Below are positions 54,841 to 64,000 of a DNA stretch of 64,000 nucleotides, one piece after another. The notes beneath the pieces are model-generated. The model had not been told where the DNA came from. It made no database searches and saw only the letters and a list, made by a program, of their open reading frames with translations. The stretch lies in the NCBI GenBank assembly GCA_964353785.1, contig CAYGWK010000001.1, forward strand, positions 26,982 to 90,981, given 5' to 3'. Each line of letters opens with the position of its first letter. Position 1 is the stretch's first letter. Made by a program: the position numbers and the translations under genes. This DNA is from an uncultured Gammaproteobacteria bacterium (lineage in GTDB: Bacteria; Patescibacteriota; Microgenomatia; CAYGWK01).

Positions 54841-56532
54841 ATGCCAGAAGGATTTTGCAAGAGAATGGTAAGAAATATTTTTAAAAACGGAAAAATAATT
54901 TTTCTAAGACGACAGACAAATATTTTGTCAGCCGCTTTTGTCATTATGGTTACGGTTTTAGTCTCTGGACTTTTGGGGCTTTTCAGGGACCGACTTTTAG
55001 CAGGTAGATTCTTTGGCGGAAGCGAGTGGCAACTAGATGTTTATTTTGCTGCCTTCAGACTTCCAGATATGATTTTTCAGCTTTTAGTGATTGGGGCTTT
55101 GTCGGCTGCCTTTATTCCGGTTTTTTCAGAATACTTAGAAAAAAATAAAAATGAAGCCTATCAGGTTGCCTCTTCGATTATAAACATAGTTTTAAGTTTT
55201 TTTATCTTTTTGGGGATTTTGATTTTTATTTTTGCTCCAGAGCTTTGTCGGTTTATTGCCCCGAGTTTCTCTCCAGAGAAAATTGTTTTAATGTCTTCCT
55301 TGACGCGCCTGATGCTTTTTGCCCAGGTATTTTTTTGTCTTTCAAATTTTTTGACTGGTATAATTCAATCTAATCAGCGTTTTTTAGTTCCTGCCCTCGC
55401 CCCTGTTGCCTACAATTTGGGAATTATTTTTGGAATAATTGCTTTAACTCCTACTTTTGGAATTTATGGACCAACTCTAGGGGTGGTTATCGGCGCTCTT
55501 TTACATCTTTTGGTTCAGCTTCCTTTAGCTTTAAAACTTGGCTTTTCTTACCTTCCGCTGTCTTGGGAATTTTCTCATCCTGGAGTCAAAGAAATTGTTA
55601 GGCTTATGTTTCCCCGAACCCTGGCTTTGGCAGTTTCTCAAATCGAGGCCACGGTGCCTGTCTTTTTGGCAAGTTCGCTTATGGCCGGGTCTTTGACAAT
55701 TTTTTATTTTGCCCAGCACTTAATGAATCTTCCAGTTGGTCTTTTTGGGGGAACTATTGGTCAGGCGGCCCTGCCAGCTCTATCTCAAAATTCCGCTAAA
55801 AAAGATTGGCAGGAGTTTAAAAAAACCTTTTTATCTTCATTTTTTCAGATTCTTTATTTGGTCTTGCCAGCAAGCGCGATTTTACTTATTCTGCGAATTC
55901 CGACAGTTCGGCTTGTTTTTGGAACAAGAAATTTCCCTTGGCAAGCGACAATTCTAACGGGAAAAACTTTGGCTCTTTTTACCATCGCTATTTTTAGTCA
56001 AAGTATAATTCAAGTTTTGGTTAGAGGGTTTTATGCTCTTCGGAATACCAAAACTCCTCTTTTAATTGGAGCTTTTGGGGTGGCAATCAATGTTTTTTTA
56101 AGCGTTCTTTTGACCCTTCGTTTAGGTTTTGGGGTTTTGGGTTTGGCGGCGGCCACTTCAATTGCCAGCTTTATTCATGCAGTTTTGCTTTTTGTTTTTT
56201 TAGACAGAAGTATTAGGGGATTTGAAAGAAAAAGCGTTTTTATTCCTCTTTTTAAGATGAGCCTGGCGACTCTGGTGACCGCCGTCTTTCTCTGGATTCC
56301 GATGAGGGTTTTGGACCGCTACATTTTGGACACCACCAGGACGATAAATCTTATTATTTTGACGATTCTGGCTAGTTTTATTGGTTTAGGGGTTTATATC
56401 CTTTGTTCTTTGATTTTAAAAATTGAGGAACTGGCAGTTTTTATCGGGCTTCTAAAAAGAGTCGGGCAATGGCGAAAGATTCTTTCCGAGTCAGAAGAAA
56501 TGATTGACTCAACCCGAGCCCCCCAAAGCTAG
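54841..56532 (+). CDS. murJ: Lipid II flippase MurJ
   Basis: LGLFRD, AFRLPD, GALSAAFIPV and RGFYA motifs; start may be 54865. Confidence 0.95.
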   Translation: MPEGFCKRMVRNIFKNGKIIFLRRQTNILSAAFVIMVTVLVSGLLGLFRDRLLAGRFFGGSEWQLDVYFAAFRLPDMIFQLLVIGALSAAFIPVFSEYLEKNKNEAYQVASSIINIVLSFFIFLGILIFIFAPELCRFIAPSFSPEKIVLMSSLTRLMLFAQVFFCLSNFLTGIIQSNQRFLVPALAPVAYNLGIIFGIIALTPTFGIYGPTLGVVIGALLHLLVQLPLALKLGFSYLPLSWEFSHPGVKEIVRLMFPRTLALAVSQIEATVPVFLASSLMAGSLTIFYFAQHLMNLPVGLFGGTIGQAALPALSQNSAKKDWQEFKKTFLSSFFQILYLVLPASAILLILRIPTVRLVFGTRNFPWQATILTGKTLALFTIAIFSQSIIQVLVRGFYALRNTKTPLLIGAFGVAINVFLSVLLTLRLGFGVLGLAAATSIASFIHAVLLFVFLDRSIRGFERKSVFIPLFKMSLATLVTAVFLWIPMRVLDRYILDTTRTINLIILTILASFIGLGVYILCSLILKIEELAVFIGLLKRVGQWRKILSESEEMIDSTRAPQS

Positions 56533-57755
56533 TGGCCATAACGATAAACATCAACGGTCATCTTTTCCCCGTCGTTACAGCCCACCGAGAAGTTTTGTTG
56601 AGTAACTGTTTTTAATGCCCCAAAATCAGCTGTTTGGCGCCACTCTCCACATTTTAAAGGACAAGTCTGATTGGTAACATCATATTTGGTTTCACCTACA
56701 CTCCAGTTGGCTCCGGTAGAGCCATAACAATAAAGGGAAATCGTGCAATCTCCGCCCCCTCCAGAGACCATTTGAAATTTCATTCGGCGAGACAGATAAG
56801 AAACGGAAGTTGAGGAATTACAACCTACGGTGTAAGTTCCAGTTTTAATCCAAGATAAAGTTGGGGTTGGGCTAGGAATTCCGGTTATTGTCGGTGTAGG
56901 CGAGGGCGTTGGCAAAGACGTAGGTGTTGGGGTTGGGATAGCCAGGATGAGGTCTTGGCTGGGTGAGGACTCGCTTATAGCAAAGTTGGCCGAAGCGGCT
57001 CCGTTCTGGCCTGCCTGAACATCAATCAAAACCCTGTCATTTCCGTCAAAATCAAAAAAAGCTCCCAGACCTTGCTTTCTGGTATTTTTGATATCCACTA
57101 CCCAGCCTTCATCACTTTTTGTAACGGTTGACATCAAAGCCGATTTGGTGTCGCTATCGTCTTTTTTGAGCCTGACATAGACCAAAGCACCGGAAATTTT
57201 ATTTCCACCCTGGTCTTTAATAAAGCCATATATTGGACGGGGGTTACCGCTGAGCTCAAGAGTCTTGGGAGTTTTTTGTCCTTTGGCTGTTCCGCCCTTA
57301 ACCCAACGCTCTCCAGCTGGATTTAAACCATAAAGGTCAGGTCCAGATTTAATCTTAAAATAGTAAGTTGTTTCTGCATTTAGGTTAAAAATGGAAACAT
57401 GATGAGTAGTTGAAGAAAAATTTTCTCCGCCTCGGTCATCATAAGTAGTTTTATCGAGGTTGTCTTGGTTGGGGCTGTATTTTAGCCAACCAGTGGTTTG
57501 GGTAAAGGAATTGTCGTTGCCAAGGTCAGAAGAAGTCCAAGAAACAGAGAACCCACCGCCATGGAGATTGGTAATTTTTACATTAGTTGGTCTGGCTTCG
57601 GCTCCGACTGCTTTTTCTTGGTAAATTTGTTGTTGCTGAACCAGAAAAACGGCTACCGGTAAAGCCACAAGGATAAAAAGAAAGACCAAAAGACTGAAAA
57701 TTTGCTTTCGGGAAAGCTTGGGAAAGTTTGGTTTTTTTATTTCTGGAAATTTCAT
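56529..57755 (-). CDS. FN3-like exported protein, paralog of 51719-53092
   Basis: ITNL..FSVSW..DDR..HHV..NL..TTYYFKI, PT linker. Confidence 0.72.
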   Translation of the reverse strand: MKFPEIKKPNFPKLSRKQIFSLLVFLFILVALPVAVFLVQQQQIYQEKAVGAEARPTNVKITNLHGGGFSVSWTSSDLGNDNSFTQTTGWLKYSPNQDNLDKTTYDDRGGENFSSTTHHVSIFNLNAETTYYFKIKSGPDLYGLNPAGERWVKGGTAKGQKTPKTLELSGNPRPIYGFIKDQGGNKISGALVYVRLKKDDSDTKSALMSTVTKSDEGWVVDIKNTRKQGLGAFFDFDGNDRVLIDVQAGQNGAASANFAISESSPSQDLILAIPTPTPTSLPTPSPTPTITGIPSPTPTLSWIKTGTYTVGCNSSTSVSYLSRRMKFQMVSGGGGDCTISLYCYGSTGANWSVGETKYDVTNQTCPLKCGEWRQTADFGALKTVTQQNFSVGCNDGEKMTVDVYRYGH

Positions 57756-59234
57756 TTAAAGCGTCCAGGTACAAGCCTTAGTTACATTTATAAAGTAATT
57801 TTGTTCATTTTGCAAGTTAAAATTTTCTCCCCCATAATTTTTAACAAAATCCTCCCACCAATCTTTTCTTTTTCGGGAAATTGCTACACTTGTTCCTGCC
57901 CCACAATCATTGTCAATATCCTCCAAAGCTGTCTTGGCCGTATAGCCTGAAATATCTGGCCAAGTGATTTTATTCCAACCTGAAGAGAGGCTAAACTTTT
58001 TTTCTTGGGGAACCTTGGTTAAAATTTTGGCACTATGGGCAGAAAGACTGACTTTCTTAATTTGAACCGCGTCGTCATAATAATTTCCTCCTAGGTCAAT
58101 ATTTTCGTCTCTGTCGGCGGTAGGGTTGACTAAGACCGTACCATACTCAAAATTTCTTCGATAAGACCGATGATTGGGAATCTTAAAGCCATCAATAGTT
58201 GAATCTTGAATGGGTTTTCCCAATTTAACTTGGGGTCTAGTATCTTCTACCATACTTGGAAGTTCCGTTTCTCGGTCGTAGCAGTAACAAAAATAAGCCG
58301 AGCGATCATTTCCTGAGGAAATAGCTAAAAGATAGGAAGCAAAGCTGAAATTTTCAACTCTTTTTCTTTCAGTAAGACTTTCATCGAGATTTTTAGTTTT
58401 AACCAAGATAATCTGTCCTGGTTTAGTTTTAATTGCATTAATCAAGATACCAACTGCCTCTCTCCAACCTTCCTCCCCGACAGTCCTTTTATTTAAAAAA
58501 CCATCAAATTGGGCTCCATCTGATTCTGACTTGTCCCAGAAATCTTTAGTATTTTTGTATTCATTCCAATGAGAGGGAATCGGGTTCCAAAGATGAAGTT
58601 TTTCCCCAAGGCGTTGTTTTAAAAACTTAAGCCGACCAATTTGGTCGCTAATCCACTCTCCTTGAGTATAGTCTCCACCTCTTTGAGGGTCGGGATCAAT
58701 AATTGGATGAGGTTGAAAATTAGTCTGGATAACCATCGGGCCAGAAACATCGGCAAATATTCCATCATAGCCTTTAACAAGTTGTTCTTGATACTGTTCC
58801 CAGACAAACTCGCGGGTTTCTTGGAGATTTGGTTTAAGAACCTTACAGCTCTCTGCAAGCCAGTGAACAATCTCATTTCCTTTGGCTCTAAGCCACCATT
58901 CCGGATGCTCCTCAACTAATGGTCCCCAATTTTCTTGGCCACAAATTGCGCTGTGGCCTTTGTATTTTAAGATTATAAAATTGGGATTTAACTGATGAAG
59001 TCTATCAATTTGCTCTTTGGTTAAAGAGCCATTCTGGTCACGATAGACATCATAATGACTAGCGATGTACTGAAGATCAGTATCAGTTAGTTTTTTGGCA
59101 TCAATCCAGCAAATCCAAGCTCCGCCGGGAATTTCCGGTTCTGCTTGGGCCCAAGAAACAGGAATTGAAGGTTTAATTTGCCAGAGAAGAAAAGAAAACA
59201 AGGAGATAAAGATAAAAAGAATAATTTTTCTCAC
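57756..59234 (-). CDS. Exported putative glycoside hydrolase (GHL15-like) with shared C-terminal module
   Basis: GYDGIFAD and YRRNFEYGTVLVNPT; GTGA-coupled start inferred. Confidence 0.7.
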   Translation of the reverse strand: MRKIILFIFISLFSFLLWQIKPSIPVSWAQAEPEIPGGAWICWIDAKKLTDTDLQYIASHYDVYRDQNGSLTKEQIDRLHQLNPNFIILKYKGHSAICGQENWGPLVEEHPEWWLRAKGNEIVHWLAESCKVLKPNLQETREFVWEQYQEQLVKGYDGIFADVSGPMVIQTNFQPHPIIDPDPQRGGDYTQGEWISDQIGRLKFLKQRLGEKLHLWNPIPSHWNEYKNTKDFWDKSESDGAQFDGFLNKRTVGEEGWREAVGILINAIKTKPGQIILVKTKNLDESLTERKRVENFSFASYLLAISSGNDRSAYFCYCYDRETELPSMVEDTRPQVKLGKPIQDSTIDGFKIPNHRSYRRNFEYGTVLVNPTADRDENIDLGGNYYDDAVQIKKVSLSAHSAKILTKVPQEKKFSLSSGWNKITWPDISGYTAKTALEDIDNDCGAGTSVAISRKRKDWWEDFVKNYGGENFNLQNEQNYFINVTKACTWTL

Positions 59235-60397
59235 AGGTTCCAATTGCAAGCTTTAGTTACATTTATAAAGTAATCTTGTTCATTTTGCAAATTAAAATTT
59301 CCTCCGCCAAAGTTTTTTATAAAATCCTCCCACCAATCTTTTCTTTTTCGGGAAATTGCTACACTTGTTCCTGTCCCACAATCATTATCAATATCAACTA
59401 AAGCAGAGGAGGCAGTATAGCCTGAAATACCCGACCAAGTAATTTTATTCCAACCCGAAGAGAGAGAAAAGGTTTTTTTGCCAGTGGCTAGCTCTTTGTA
59501 GATATAAAAAAGAGAAGAAGGACTTAAGTCGAGGTTAAGAAGTGATTGTTTCATTCCAGGCGAATTACTCCAGAAGAGAACCTCAACCCCTTTCTCTTTA
59601 GCAATTGAATAAAATTTAGGTAGAAGTTTCTCGCTTTCTTCCCAGGTTTGTGACTCTGGATTGAAACTATGACCAGACTCGGTAATCCAAATTGGTTTTT
59701 TTAAATCGTATTTTTTAAGAAATCCTTTGGCTTGGTCAATCCGGTTTGAGAAATAACTCTCGTTTCCGTACGAATGAAAATTAAAGACATCAAAATATTG
59801 CCCACCTCCTTTTTGTAAAACGAGGTCGGTGAAACCGTTTTCCTTTGCGAACGCGCCCGCAACTCCACCAAACAAGACAGTGGCTTGGGGATCATTTTCT
59901 TTAATGGTTTGATAGGCTGTCTTAAGAATTTTGAAATAATAAGTTGAACACTGTTGGGCTCCCTGGTCACAAAATTTTTCTCCACCTGGTTCGTTCCAAA
60001 TCTCCCAATAATGGACTAAATTGAGGCCAGGTGGACCAAAACGCAAAACCATTTGGCGAACATGCTCTTTCCAGGCGGTCAAATTTTTGGCTGTGTCGAC
60101 CAAGTTATCTTCCTGGAGTCTGCCTAGTGGTTGAATTCCGTGTTGGGAAAGAAGTAACAATCTTCGCTCTGTTTGTTCATCGGACCCTATTCCCTCTCTT
60201 GCCCATTTAACTCCTGCCTCGGCCTGTTTTTGGGTGAGGACTTGCTCGTGCTGAATAATTTCTTGCTCGCTGAATCCTTCAAAAAAACGGCCATTAAAAA
60301 ACAGGGCAAGACCAAATGGTGAAATTACTGCTTGAATCTTGCTCACTATGATTAAAGAAAATGTTGAAAAAATCAAAGCAAATAAAATTTTTTTCAC
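59231..60397 (-). CDS. Exported clan GH-A (GH5/GH39-like) hydrolase with shared C-terminal module
   Basis: WEIWNEP acid/base and IWITESG nucleophile motifs. Confidence 0.8.
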   Translation of the reverse strand: MKKILFALIFSTFSLIIVSKIQAVISPFGLALFFNGRFFEGFSEQEIIQHEQVLTQKQAEAGVKWAREGIGSDEQTERRLLLLSQHGIQPLGRLQEDNLVDTAKNLTAWKEHVRQMVLRFGPPGLNLVHYWEIWNEPGGEKFCDQGAQQCSTYYFKILKTAYQTIKENDPQATVLFGGVAGAFAKENGFTDLVLQKGGGQYFDVFNFHSYGNESYFSNRIDQAKGFLKKYDLKKPIWITESGHSFNPESQTWEESEKLLPKFYSIAKEKGVEVLFWSNSPGMKQSLLNLDLSPSSLFYIYKELATGKKTFSLSSGWNKITWSGISGYTASSALVDIDNDCGTGTSVAISRKRKDWWEDFIKNFGGGNFNLQNEQDYFINVTKACNWNL

Positions 60398-61707
60398 AGG
60401 TTCCAATTACAGTCTTTAGTTACATTTATAAAGTAATCTTGTTCATTTTGTAAATTAAAATTTTCACCCCCGAAATCTTTGACAAAATCTTTCCACCAAT
60501 TCTTTTGCTTCCTGGCGATTGCCATCGCTGTTCCTGCCCCACAATCATTATCAATATCCTCCAAAGCTGTCTTAGCAGTATAGCCTGAAATATCTGGCCA
60601 GGCAATCTTGTTCCAGCCAGAAGAAAGAATAAAAGTTTTTTTACCAGTGGCTAGCTCTTGATAAGCAAAGAAAAAAGGTGTCAGCTCGAGGGTGTCTTTG
60701 TCGATCAGAGAACCTGTCCAAAAAACCTTGCTTATTTTAATGGTAACGCCGGGAATTTTAGTTTTTCCTAGGGCAATGTTATATCTTTCTCGCATTATTT
60801 CAACTTTTTCTTCTTCAGTTGGCGGCTCGCCTGGCATCCAAGAACCCCAAGGACCTCCCTCGGTAACCCAAACCTGTTTTCCTTGAAGGTGGTAATTTGA
60901 ATTATTAATCATCCAGTTCATTGCTTTGATTACCTCAACAAATTGATTTGTTGGACCATATTTATGGAAACCTAAAATATCAGTATATTGTCCTGCGCCA
61001 ATATACTTACCATTTTCATTCTTCATGGCAAAAACTTTACCTATCCAGGTTTGTTCTCCCTCTTCTTTCTTTTCAATTGCTATCTGATCTTTAGCCCAGG
61101 CACCCTCAAAGCTTATCCAAGCTACTGCTTGAGGATCAGCTGCTTTAATCGTCTGGTACTTCATTTTGACATCGGCCAAAAATTTATTGGGCTTTATTGC
61201 TTCTTCTCCAGAGAGTTCAGGGACCATTTCCCAATGTTTAATTGCCCCATTGCCTTTAGAGCCATATCGTCCCACTACCTCTTTGAGCCATTGTTGAAGA
61301 TAATTTGTTTTCTCGGTTTCAGATAAAGACTCAAGCCAATCAGGAGTACAATCTCCGCCTGTCCCCAGGTTTGACATAAGTAAAAATCCATAACTTTTAA
61401 GCAAAGAAATCTCTTGGTCGTGTTTTTCCCAGTCCAATGGGCCATTTTTCTGAGGCTGGACTCTTCTCCAACAAACAAGGGGATCTCCTCGGGGCGCACC
61501 ACCCCATCTTATCCATTTGACTCCGGCATCTTTGTAGGCTTGATAGATTTTTTCTTTTTTTCCTGGGTCAAAGCCCCAATAGTTTATAAAATGTTTGCCA
61601 AAAGGAGAATCCTCATCGGAAAATTGGGAAAATGTTTTGCTGGGAGACCGAAGCAAAGTAGCCAATAAAATTGTTAATAAAAAGAAGATAAAAACATATT
61701 TTTTCAT
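60394..61707 (-). CDS. Exported clan GH-A-like hydrolase with shared C-terminal module
   Basis: GVKWIR, WEMVPE, FHKY and VWVTEGG motifs. Confidence 0.7.
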   Translation of the reverse strand: MKKYVFIFFLLTILLATLLRSPSKTFSQFSDEDSPFGKHFINYWGFDPGKKEKIYQAYKDAGVKWIRWGGAPRGDPLVCWRRVQPQKNGPLDWEKHDQEISLLKSYGFLLMSNLGTGGDCTPDWLESLSETEKTNYLQQWLKEVVGRYGSKGNGAIKHWEMVPELSGEEAIKPNKFLADVKMKYQTIKAADPQAVAWISFEGAWAKDQIAIEKKEEGEQTWIGKVFAMKNENGKYIGAGQYTDILGFHKYGPTNQFVEVIKAMNWMINNSNYHLQGKQVWVTEGGPWGSWMPGEPPTEEEKVEIMRERYNIALGKTKIPGVTIKISKVFWTGSLIDKDTLELTPFFFAYQELATGKKTFILSSGWNKIAWPDISGYTAKTALEDIDNDCGAGTAMAIARKQKNWWKDFVKDFGGENFNLQNEQDYFINVTKDCNWNL

Positions 61708-61737
61708 CCAAGATTACTATACCACAAGTTTTTCCTC

Positions 61738-61774
61738 TTGACAAATTTTAGCAGTCGTGGTATAAAAGTGCTAA
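61738..61774 (+). promoter_or_regulatory. hrcA promoter with overlapping CIRCE
   Basis: TTGACA-17-TATAAA; TTAGCAGTC-N9-AAGTGCTAA at 61748-61774. Confidence 0.9.
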
Positions 61775-62511
61775 TGGCAGATTTGACCGAAAGACAGGCA
61801 AAAATCTTAAAAACAGTTATTGAAGAGTATATCCAAACAGCTGAACCAGTTGGTTCAGAAACCCTGGATAAAAAATATTCTTTGGGAATTTCGCCAGCCA
61901 CCATCAGAAATGAGATGGTTGCTTTAACCAAAGCTGGTTTTTTGCGTCAACCCCATACTTCTGCCGGTCGGGTGCCGACACCAATGGGTTTTAAGTTTTA
62001 TATTGATTCTTTAATGGAAGAAAAGAAATTATCCGTGGCTGATGAAGTGGCTGCCAAAGAGGCAGTTTGGGATTATCGCTTTGAATTTGACAGGCTAATG
62101 CGTGAGGTGACTCGAGCTTTGGCTCAAAGAACAAAGAATCTGGCCGTGGCGGCCACCAAAGAAGGCGATGTTTATTCTGCCGGTGTAGCTAATATTTTGG
62201 AAATGCCGGAATTTTTTGATATTGATGTCACCAGAAGCGTTTTGGAACTTTTAGACCAAGCCCAAAGACTGGAAAGTTTTTTTGACCGGGCTTTTGGCGA
62301 AGACCCAATTCATGTTCTTTTGGGCGATGAGTTTGAGCAAGAATACCTTAAGCCTTGTGGTTTAGTTTTTACTCATTTTGAAGCAGGACCAAAACACTCT
62401 GGGGCGGTAGGAGTTATCGGGCCATGCCGGCTTAATTATTCAGAAATTATTCCGACCGTTCGTTATTTTGGTGATTTGATTTCGGAGATTGCTAAAAGTT
62501 GGCCCGCATGA
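61774..62511 (+). CDS. hrcA: Heat-inducible repressor HrcA (short form)
   Basis: EPVGS, SPATIRNEM, PHTSAGRVPT and GVIGP.RLNY motifs. Confidence 0.95.
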   Translation: MADLTERQAKILKTVIEEYIQTAEPVGSETLDKKYSLGISPATIRNEMVALTKAGFLRQPHTSAGRVPTPMGFKFYIDSLMEEKKLSVADEVAAKEAVWDYRFEFDRLMREVTRALAQRTKNLAVAATKEGDVYSAGVANILEMPEFFDIDVTRSVLELLDQAQRLESFFDRAFGEDPIHVLLGDEFEQEYLKPCGLVFTHFEAGPKHSGAVGVIGPCRLNYSEIIPTVRYFGDLISEIAKSWPA

Positions 62512-62921
62512 AAAAGAAAGATTCAGAAATTAAAAGACTGGAGAATTTGTGGAAAAGAGCCTTAGCAGATTATCAAAATTTAGAAAAAAGGACAGCCGAA
62601 GAGAAAAAAGATTTTGTTAAATTTGCCAATTCGCAGTTAATTTTGAAGATTTTGCCAGCAATTGATAGTTTAGAAAAAGCCGAAAAACACTTAAAAGACG
62701 AAGGATTAAGCCTGGCTTTAAAACAATTAAAAGAAGGACTTATCCAGGAGGGTTTGGAAAAAATCCAAACTCAAGGGAAAGATTTTGACCCAGAAGAAAT
62801 GGAATGCGTTGAAGTTTGTCCGGGCGAGGAAGGAAAGGTTCTTGACGAAATCCGCCCAGGTTATAAACTAGGAGATAGGGTTTTAAGAGTCGCCCAAGTT
62901 AGAGTGGCTAAAAAAATATGA
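62508..62921 (+). CDS. grpE: Nucleotide exchange factor GrpE
   Basis: [11 protein letters not shown] and GY..RVLRVA.V motifs. Confidence 0.95.
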   Translation: MKKKDSEIKRLENLWKRALADYQNLEKRTAEEKKDFVKFANSQLILKILPAIDSLEKAEKHLKDEGLSLALKQLKEGLIQEGLEKIQTQGKDFDPEEMECVEVCPGEEGKVLDEIRPGYKLGDRVLRVAQVRVAKKI

Positions 62922-64000
62922 AACCAATTGGAATTGATTTAGGGACAACTAATTCTTGCTGTGCGGTGATGGAGGGTGGAAAGCCCAAAGTCATCTTTTC
63001 CGCTGAAGGCAGGAATGTTTTTCCCTCGGTAGTTGACCCGATTAAGAATTTAGTCGGTGAGGTGGCCAAAAGGCAGATGATTGTTAATCCCAAGTCAACT
63101 ATTTTTTCAATCAAGCGGTTGATGGGCAGGAGATTCAAGGATGAATCAGTTCAATATGATGCTAAATGGCTCCCTTACAAAATCTCCGAAGGTCGGGATG
63201 GCATGGCCGTCGTTGAGGCTGATGGCAGAACTTTTACCCCCCAGGAGATATCGGCCAAAATTTTGCAAAAAATAAAAACTGATGCCGAAGCCTATTTAGG
63301 CGGAAAAGTCACCCAGGCAGTCATTACAGTTCCGGCTTATTTTGATGATTCTCAAAGACAGGCAACCAAGCAAGCAGGAGAAATTGCCGGACTCGAGGTT
63401 TTGCGAATTATTAATGAGCCAACGGCTGCCTCCTTGGCTTATGGACTGGATAAAAAACAAGCCCAGACCATTGCTGTTTATGATTTAGGCGGAGGAACTT
63501 TTGATATTTCCATTTTGGAATTAGGTGAGGGAGTTTATGAGGTTAAAGCGACTAATGGCGATACCCATTTAGGCGGAGATGATTTTGATAAAAAAATCTT
63601 AGACTTTTTAGCCGATGAATTTCAAAAAGAAAACAATGTTGATTTACGCAAAGACCCGCAATCCTTGCAACGTCTTCGAGACGCAGCCGAAAAAGCCAAA
63701 GTTGAACTCTCCTCAAGCCAGGAAACCGAAATTAATCTGCCTTTTATTACCCAAGGCTCGGCCGGACCACTCCACCTGGTCCAAAAACTAACTCGTTCCA
63801 AACTTGAACAAATTGTTGATGATTTAATTCAAAAAACGACAAAACCAGTTGAACTTTGCTTAAAGGATGCTAAAAAGACGACCAAAGATATTGATGAAGT
63901 GATTTTGGTTGGCGGAATGACGAGAATGCCCAAAGTTTATGAGACCGTGAAAAATCTTTTTGGCAAAGAACCAAACAAATCAGTTAATCCGGATGAGGTG
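62918..64000 (+). CDS. dnaK: Chaperone DnaK (runs off the window)
   Basis: Translates as [34 protein letters not shown]. Confidence 0.98.
   Translation, partial: MKPIGIDLGTTNSCCAVMEGGKPKVIFSAEGRNVFPSVVDPIKNLVGEVAKRQMIVNPKSTIFSIKRLMGRRFKDESVQYDAKWLPYKISEGRDGMAVVEADGRTFTPQEISAKILQKIKTDAEAYLGGKVTQAVITVPAYFDDSQRQATKQAGEIAGLEVLRIINEPTAASLAYGLDKKQAQTIAVYDLGGGTFDISILELGEGVYEVKATNGDTHLGGDDFDKKILDFLADEFQKENNVDLRKDPQSLQRLRDAAEKAKVELSSSQETEINLPFITQGSAGPLHLVQKLTRSKLEQIVDDLIQKTTKPVELCLKDAKKTTKDIDEVILVGGMTRMPKVYETVKNLFGKEPNKSVNPDEV

Noticed and set aside
57756-60660. Diversity-generating retroelement (TR/VR) from the C-terminal repeats
   Set aside because: Differences involve all four bases and many synonymous sites, all copies are coding, and no RT is visible.

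Overview
A gene-dense, AT-rich bacterial chromosome segment whose content points to Patescibacteria/CPR, probably Microgenomates (inference from gene content). It carries housekeeping genes (rnhA, rplY, valS, tsaD, groES-groEL, tRNA-Cys, tatD, metG, rmuC, a UvrD-nuclease fusion, rpsT, murJ, hrcA-grpE-dnaK partial), two Fem-family genes, many GT-C/GT2/flippase/ligase glycosylation genes, type IV pilus parts and Pro/Thr- and Cys-rich surface proteins. No CRISPR array, transposase, integrase or reverse transcriptase is visible. The least explained signal is sub-genic: small DNA units sit in frame inside coding sequences. These are a 24-bp element with an AATAAA duplication (5 copies), REP-like hairpins, and many 7/8/9-mer tracts, one of them identical over 27 nt in two unrelated genes. 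Other unexplained features are three genes each preceded by the same 25-37 bp promoter repeat, a ~190-nt multi-stem RNA candidate between the fem genes, two boxA-like/Shine-Dalgarno micro-ORF cassettes among otherwise leaderless-looking genes, and three glycoside hydrolases sharing a mosaic C-terminal module. All calls were made by eye, without database searches.
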